Assembly (NCBI GenBank): GCA_963666285.1
Contig: OY762711.1
Origin: Sedimentisphaerales bacterium
GTDB lineage: Bacteria > Planctomycetota > Phycisphaerae > Sedimentisphaerales > SM23-30
Direction: 5' to 3' (one strand)
Length of the DNA: 64,000 nucleotides
Numbering within the stretch: position 1 is the first letter of the stretch; each line of letters opens with the position of its first letter. This document shows, piece after piece, positions 60,621-64,000 of the stretch. Both the position numbers and the translations under genes were made by a program. Below the pieces are notes generated by a model that worked only from the letters and a program-made list of their open reading frames with translations, was not told the origin of the DNA and ran no database searches.

Positions 60621-61628
60621 GCTATTCAGCCAGTTCTCCGCCAGCCTGCCGAAATCTGCCAGGTCTACATCGCCGTCCATGTCTATGTCACCGTCAATAT
60701 GATTCTTAAACTTACCGAAATCGGTCAGAACCTGGCCGTTCCCATCATAATTACAGAGATAAAGCCTGTACCCGTCTGTGCAGACCGCATAGTTCGTTGC
60801 CTCCTGGTCCATAATGCCGATAATATCAATATTACCTGTTGGACATTCATACGCGGTTATCCCGTAGCCATGTCCTAGAATTACCGGAAATGTTCTGCCT
60901 GTATCATCTGTTATTGTAATGGTATTATCCGGCCCCCAGTTCTCCGGGTTCACTACTGTCACATTGTTAATCCTGACAATACAGCCCTGGTAATATTCAC
61001 AGCCGCTATCGCGTGCCGCATCAAAAATATATTTATCTGAAGCATCTTTTAATTCTGACAAGGCTGCCACATCAGGCAATGGCATGCCGACACGCGGTTC
61101 AATTAGTTCAATGTCAAAGTCATATTTGGGATCAACTTGATGAATTTCGTTAATATTCATTTTCCCCTTATAAAATTTATACGCTCCGGTAACTTTAACC
61201 TTATCGCCCGCACGAAACATATAGGCTGTATTGGGATCATGGTTTATACGGTAAACTTCTGATTGATATTCCTGCTCCGAATATGTGCCTGTTCCAACCC
61301 CGACATAATCCTGGCCGAACCAGATACATGTTCCCGCATGGTCCTCTGCGTCATCCGACTGAAAAAATATCTGCCATTGACCGCCGCGTACTGATGGCGC
61401 TCCTGACCGGCTGTCCAGCATTTCTTCCGGGTTATTCAGGATTATCCCTTCCAGGGTAACTTTTTCCGTAGTAGTAGAATATGGCAGTAGAGTTGCAACT
61501 CCGTTGCTGTCTGAATTCTGAAATTCTCTGTGTGTCATCGTGGTTGCACCATAGCAATTAACTATATTAATGACAGATAATGCTAGTATAATATTGGTCA
61601 ATAATTGTTTTTTGTTTCGGCGGTACAT
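60612..61628 (-). CDS. Secreted hypothetical protein (possible OB-fold-like repeats) with dockerin-like tail
   Basis: Signal peptide; GDKVKVTG and CIVRINNVT segments; GDIDMDGDVDLADFGRLAENWL. Confidence 0.7.
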   Translation of the reverse strand: MYRRNKKQLLTNIILALSVINIVNCYGATTMTHREFQNSDSNGVATLLPYSTTTEKVTLEGIILNNPEEMLDSRSGAPSVRGGQWQIFFQSDDAEDHAGTCIWFGQDYVGVGTGTYSEQEYQSEVYRINHDPNTAYMFRAGDKVKVTGAYKFYKGKMNINEIHQVDPKYDFDIELIEPRVGMPLPDVAALSELKDASDKYIFDAARDSGCEYYQGCIVRINNVTVVNPENWGPDNTITITDDTGRTFPVILGHGYGITAYECPTGNIDIIGIMDQEATNYAVCTDGYRLYLCNYDGNGQVLTDFGKFKNHIDGDIDMDGDVDLADFGRLAENWLNSSN

Positions 61629-61883
61629 AGCTTTTTCTCCTTTTTTTGTAGATTATAGTACAATTCTGGTTGTTTTTTTTACTATTTCAAAACACACTTC
61701 TTATCATCAAAAGCAATACTACAATGAAAAGGAAATTATTAAAAGTATTTTTTTGCAATTTGACAATTTTGTATATTTATAGCAATTATATGTTAGGTTA
61801 AGCCAATTAATGTTTTGCATGTACTATTATTGGTTCAGGTGTTATAATTTAGAAAAATTTACGAATATATCAGGGATATTATT

Positions 61884-62678
61884 ATGACAAATGAAGAATA
61901 TAACACCGAGCAGGAAACAGATTTTGAAACAATTGAAGTTGGCGAAACCGGCAGCAAAAAGGTTGCTAAAGTTATCATCAGTTTATTCTTTCTGATTTTA
62001 ATTGCCCTCATCACTGTTGGATTGGTTTACAGCTTTATTGCAGAATTCAATAAACCTAAATTTAATAATAAAGCTGAAGGTTATACATACTATTTAAGTA
62101 AAGCTCCCATCCCAAGTGAAGCTGAAATAGAACAATGGGTAGTTTATTATACTGAATATATGAGCATAGATCCGGAAGCTATCAATAGTTTTTGTACGAT
62201 ATTTAATGAGTGGTTTGGATCTTTAGATTTTGAAAAACCTGATATTAATATTGATGTCTGTGTTGATAATTTATTCAATGAATTAGAAAAAGAAAATTTT
62301 TTAGATGCCGATGGAGTCATTAAAACTTTGTTTTTTGACAATATGGGGAAAGAACACATCAAGGATATGGTTGCACGGGATACAGAAAAAACTGAATTGT
62401 ATATGATGACAAAAAGTTTTGAAAAACAGATGCTTGAAAATCCTGCAAATCTGTTTCGCGACCAGGCTATAATGTCACTTAAGATTAAAAAGATTGTAAT
62501 TGATAAATATGGCGAAAATGCGATTGCGCCAACAGAACTGGACCTCAAAGTTGCTAATGAGCGGTGTTCTGTACAAAATGTTAGCGATGCTGCTGTTATG
62601 CAATGGGCCACTGACGAAAAAGCTAAGGCGAAGTTTAGTGATCTGATCGCTGATAATTATAATTGGGCTGGTAAATAA
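61884..62678 (+). CDS. Hypothetical single-TM protein
   Basis: 264-aa AT-rich ORF with one TM. Confidence 0.65.
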   Translation: MTNEEYNTEQETDFETIEVGETGSKKVAKVIISLFFLILIALITVGLVYSFIAEFNKPKFNNKAEGYTYYLSKAPIPSEAEIEQWVVYYTEYMSIDPEAINSFCTIFNEWFGSLDFEKPDINIDVCVDNLFNELEKENFLDADGVIKTLFFDNMGKEHIKDMVARDTEKTELYMMTKSFEKQMLENPANLFRDQAIMSLKIKKIVIDKYGENAIAPTELDLKVANERCSVQNVSDAAVMQWATDEKAKAKFSDLIADNYNWAGK

Positions 62679-62696
62679 GTGCGTTAAGGAGTTAAC

Positions 62697-63794
62697 TTGA
62701 AACTCAATAAAAGAAAAATATGGATTCTCTTTCTTTTATGTTTACTGATTATGTTGGCTGTATTTATCCCCGCATACTCGGGCGATATCGATCTGCCCAA
62801 AGATGATGAGATTGTTATCTGTTTTACTACCGCCGCCGGTTACGATCCGGCTACTGATATATGGTCTGTCCCTGTCAAAGGCAGAATTTTCGAACCGGAA
62901 CAGGACGACATCTTAAGAAATATACTTATCGATGCGATCAAAAAAACCGGTGACTTCGATGAATCTGATCTTGCCGCCGATCTGTTCACCGAACGGGTAA
63001 GAGATTTTCTTGCTGATAATGAAGGCTGGAAAAGACTTGACGCTGTCTTTGGCAAAATACCATACACGCTCGCCAAAACCCATCAGGACGGCATATTCAG
63101 CTCTGTTATGCTGCTCACAAATGACCAGCTTGCAGGCTTCGAAAATAACGGTTGGATAAACTATTCCATCCAAACTCGCGAAGATGACAACCGCAACTTT
63201 TCCGGCCGTATCAAAGTTGTCCGCCCCGGCACAACCTGTGTCATTTCCGATATTGACGATACTATCAAGATAACCGGCGTTACAGACAGAAGTCAGCTTA
63301 TGAAAAATATTTTCGCCCGGCCGTATCAGCCAACCGATGGCATGGTAGAATATTATCAGCAGATGGAAAATGATGGCTGCTGTTTCTTTTATGTCTCTGC
63401 CTCGCCGATCCAGCTCTATCGCCCCTTATCTGAATGGATGCTTCAGGTCGGCTACCCGGCAGGCGAGATCAACCTGCGAGATTTCTATATCGCTGACAGC
63501 AGGGCGTTCAATATGTTAAAACAGTCCGGTAATGTCAAACAGCCTGTTATCCGGCAGATCATCGAAAGGTATCCCGACTGTAATTTTATTCTTATTGGTG
63601 ATGCCGGTGAGCAGGATGCTCTTATCTATGGCGAGCTGGCACGGAAATTCCCTAATCAAATCGAAAAGATTCAGATCAGGGCCTTGACATCTCCCGACAA
63701 GGCAGAAGTTGACAGGCTTCGCCTGATGGCAGGGATCATCCCTGACCGATGCATATTTGAGGTACTTTGGCAAGGCAAACCGTCTCATTTTTAG
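62697..63794 (+). CDS. App1-family phosphatidate phosphatase (DUF2183-like)
   Basis: ISDIDDTIK, FYVSASP, ILIGDAGEQD..IY motifs. Confidence 0.85.
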   Translation: MKLNKRKIWILFLLCLLIMLAVFIPAYSGDIDLPKDDEIVICFTTAAGYDPATDIWSVPVKGRIFEPEQDDILRNILIDAIKKTGDFDESDLAADLFTERVRDFLADNEGWKRLDAVFGKIPYTLAKTHQDGIFSSVMLLTNDQLAGFENNGWINYSIQTREDDNRNFSGRIKVVRPGTTCVISDIDDTIKITGVTDRSQLMKNIFARPYQPTDGMVEYYQQMENDGCCFFYVSASPIQLYRPLSEWMLQVGYPAGEINLRDFYIADSRAFNMLKQSGNVKQPVIRQIIERYPDCNFILIGDAGEQDALIYGELARKFPNQIEKIQIRALTSPDKAEVDRLRLMAGIIPDRCIFEVLWQGKPSHF

Positions 63795-63803
63795 GAATTC
63801 TTA

Positions 63804-64000
63804 ATGGGTAATAATACGGCAAATCATAAGAAATTCGGTACTTTTGGCGGTGTTTTTACGCCTTGCACCTTAACGATTCTCGGCGTTATTATGTTCCTGC
63901 GTTTCGGCGTAGTGATCGGCAACGCAGGTATTTTCCACGGTATACTCATTGTCCTCATGGCCAAGGTGATTACCACTCTCACAACTATGTCGCTCTCGGC
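63804..64000 (+). CDS. Amino acid permease / cation-chloride cotransporter family (5' part, runs off window)
   Basis: MGNNTANHKKFGTFGGVFTPCTLTILGVIMFLRFGVVIGNAG. Confidence 0.85.
   Translation, partial: MGNNTANHKKFGTFGGVFTPCTLTILGVIMFLRFGVVIGNAGIFHGILIVLMAKVITTLTTMSLS

Overview
Bacterial chromosomal window of moderate GC with AT-rich intergenic regions. Gene content suggests an anaerobic, sugar-degrading Planctomycetota member, probably Phycisphaerae/Sedimentisphaerales-like (inference from PEP-CTERM, prepilin/H-X9-DG proteins, dockerin-like tails and a long fused SecDF). It carries housekeeping genes (ribD, murB, prfA, rpmE, yajC, secDF, cobO, mnmG), carbohydrate enzymes (GH38, GH3, PL1, GH106, GH2, two esterases), an Fe-type ABC transporter, an ECF sigma/anti-sigma pair, and an O2/NO defence cluster (rubrerythrin, ferritin-like protein, FprA, a CydA-like/cytochrome c fusion plus partner). 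A RelE/HigA-type TA locus has a toxin with an internal stop. The most striking unexplained structure is a modular non-coding repeat system with four parts: five co-oriented ~150-240 bp elements with a covarying terminal hairpin; small interchangeable hairpin modules inserted into a shared scaffold; pyrimidine-rich 7-mer/9-mer tracts all on the + strand; and three 25-bp TCAAACTG...CAGTTTGA palindromes at gene 3' ends. No transposase, integrase, CRISPR array, tRNA or rRNA was recognised. All alignments and base counts were done by eye.
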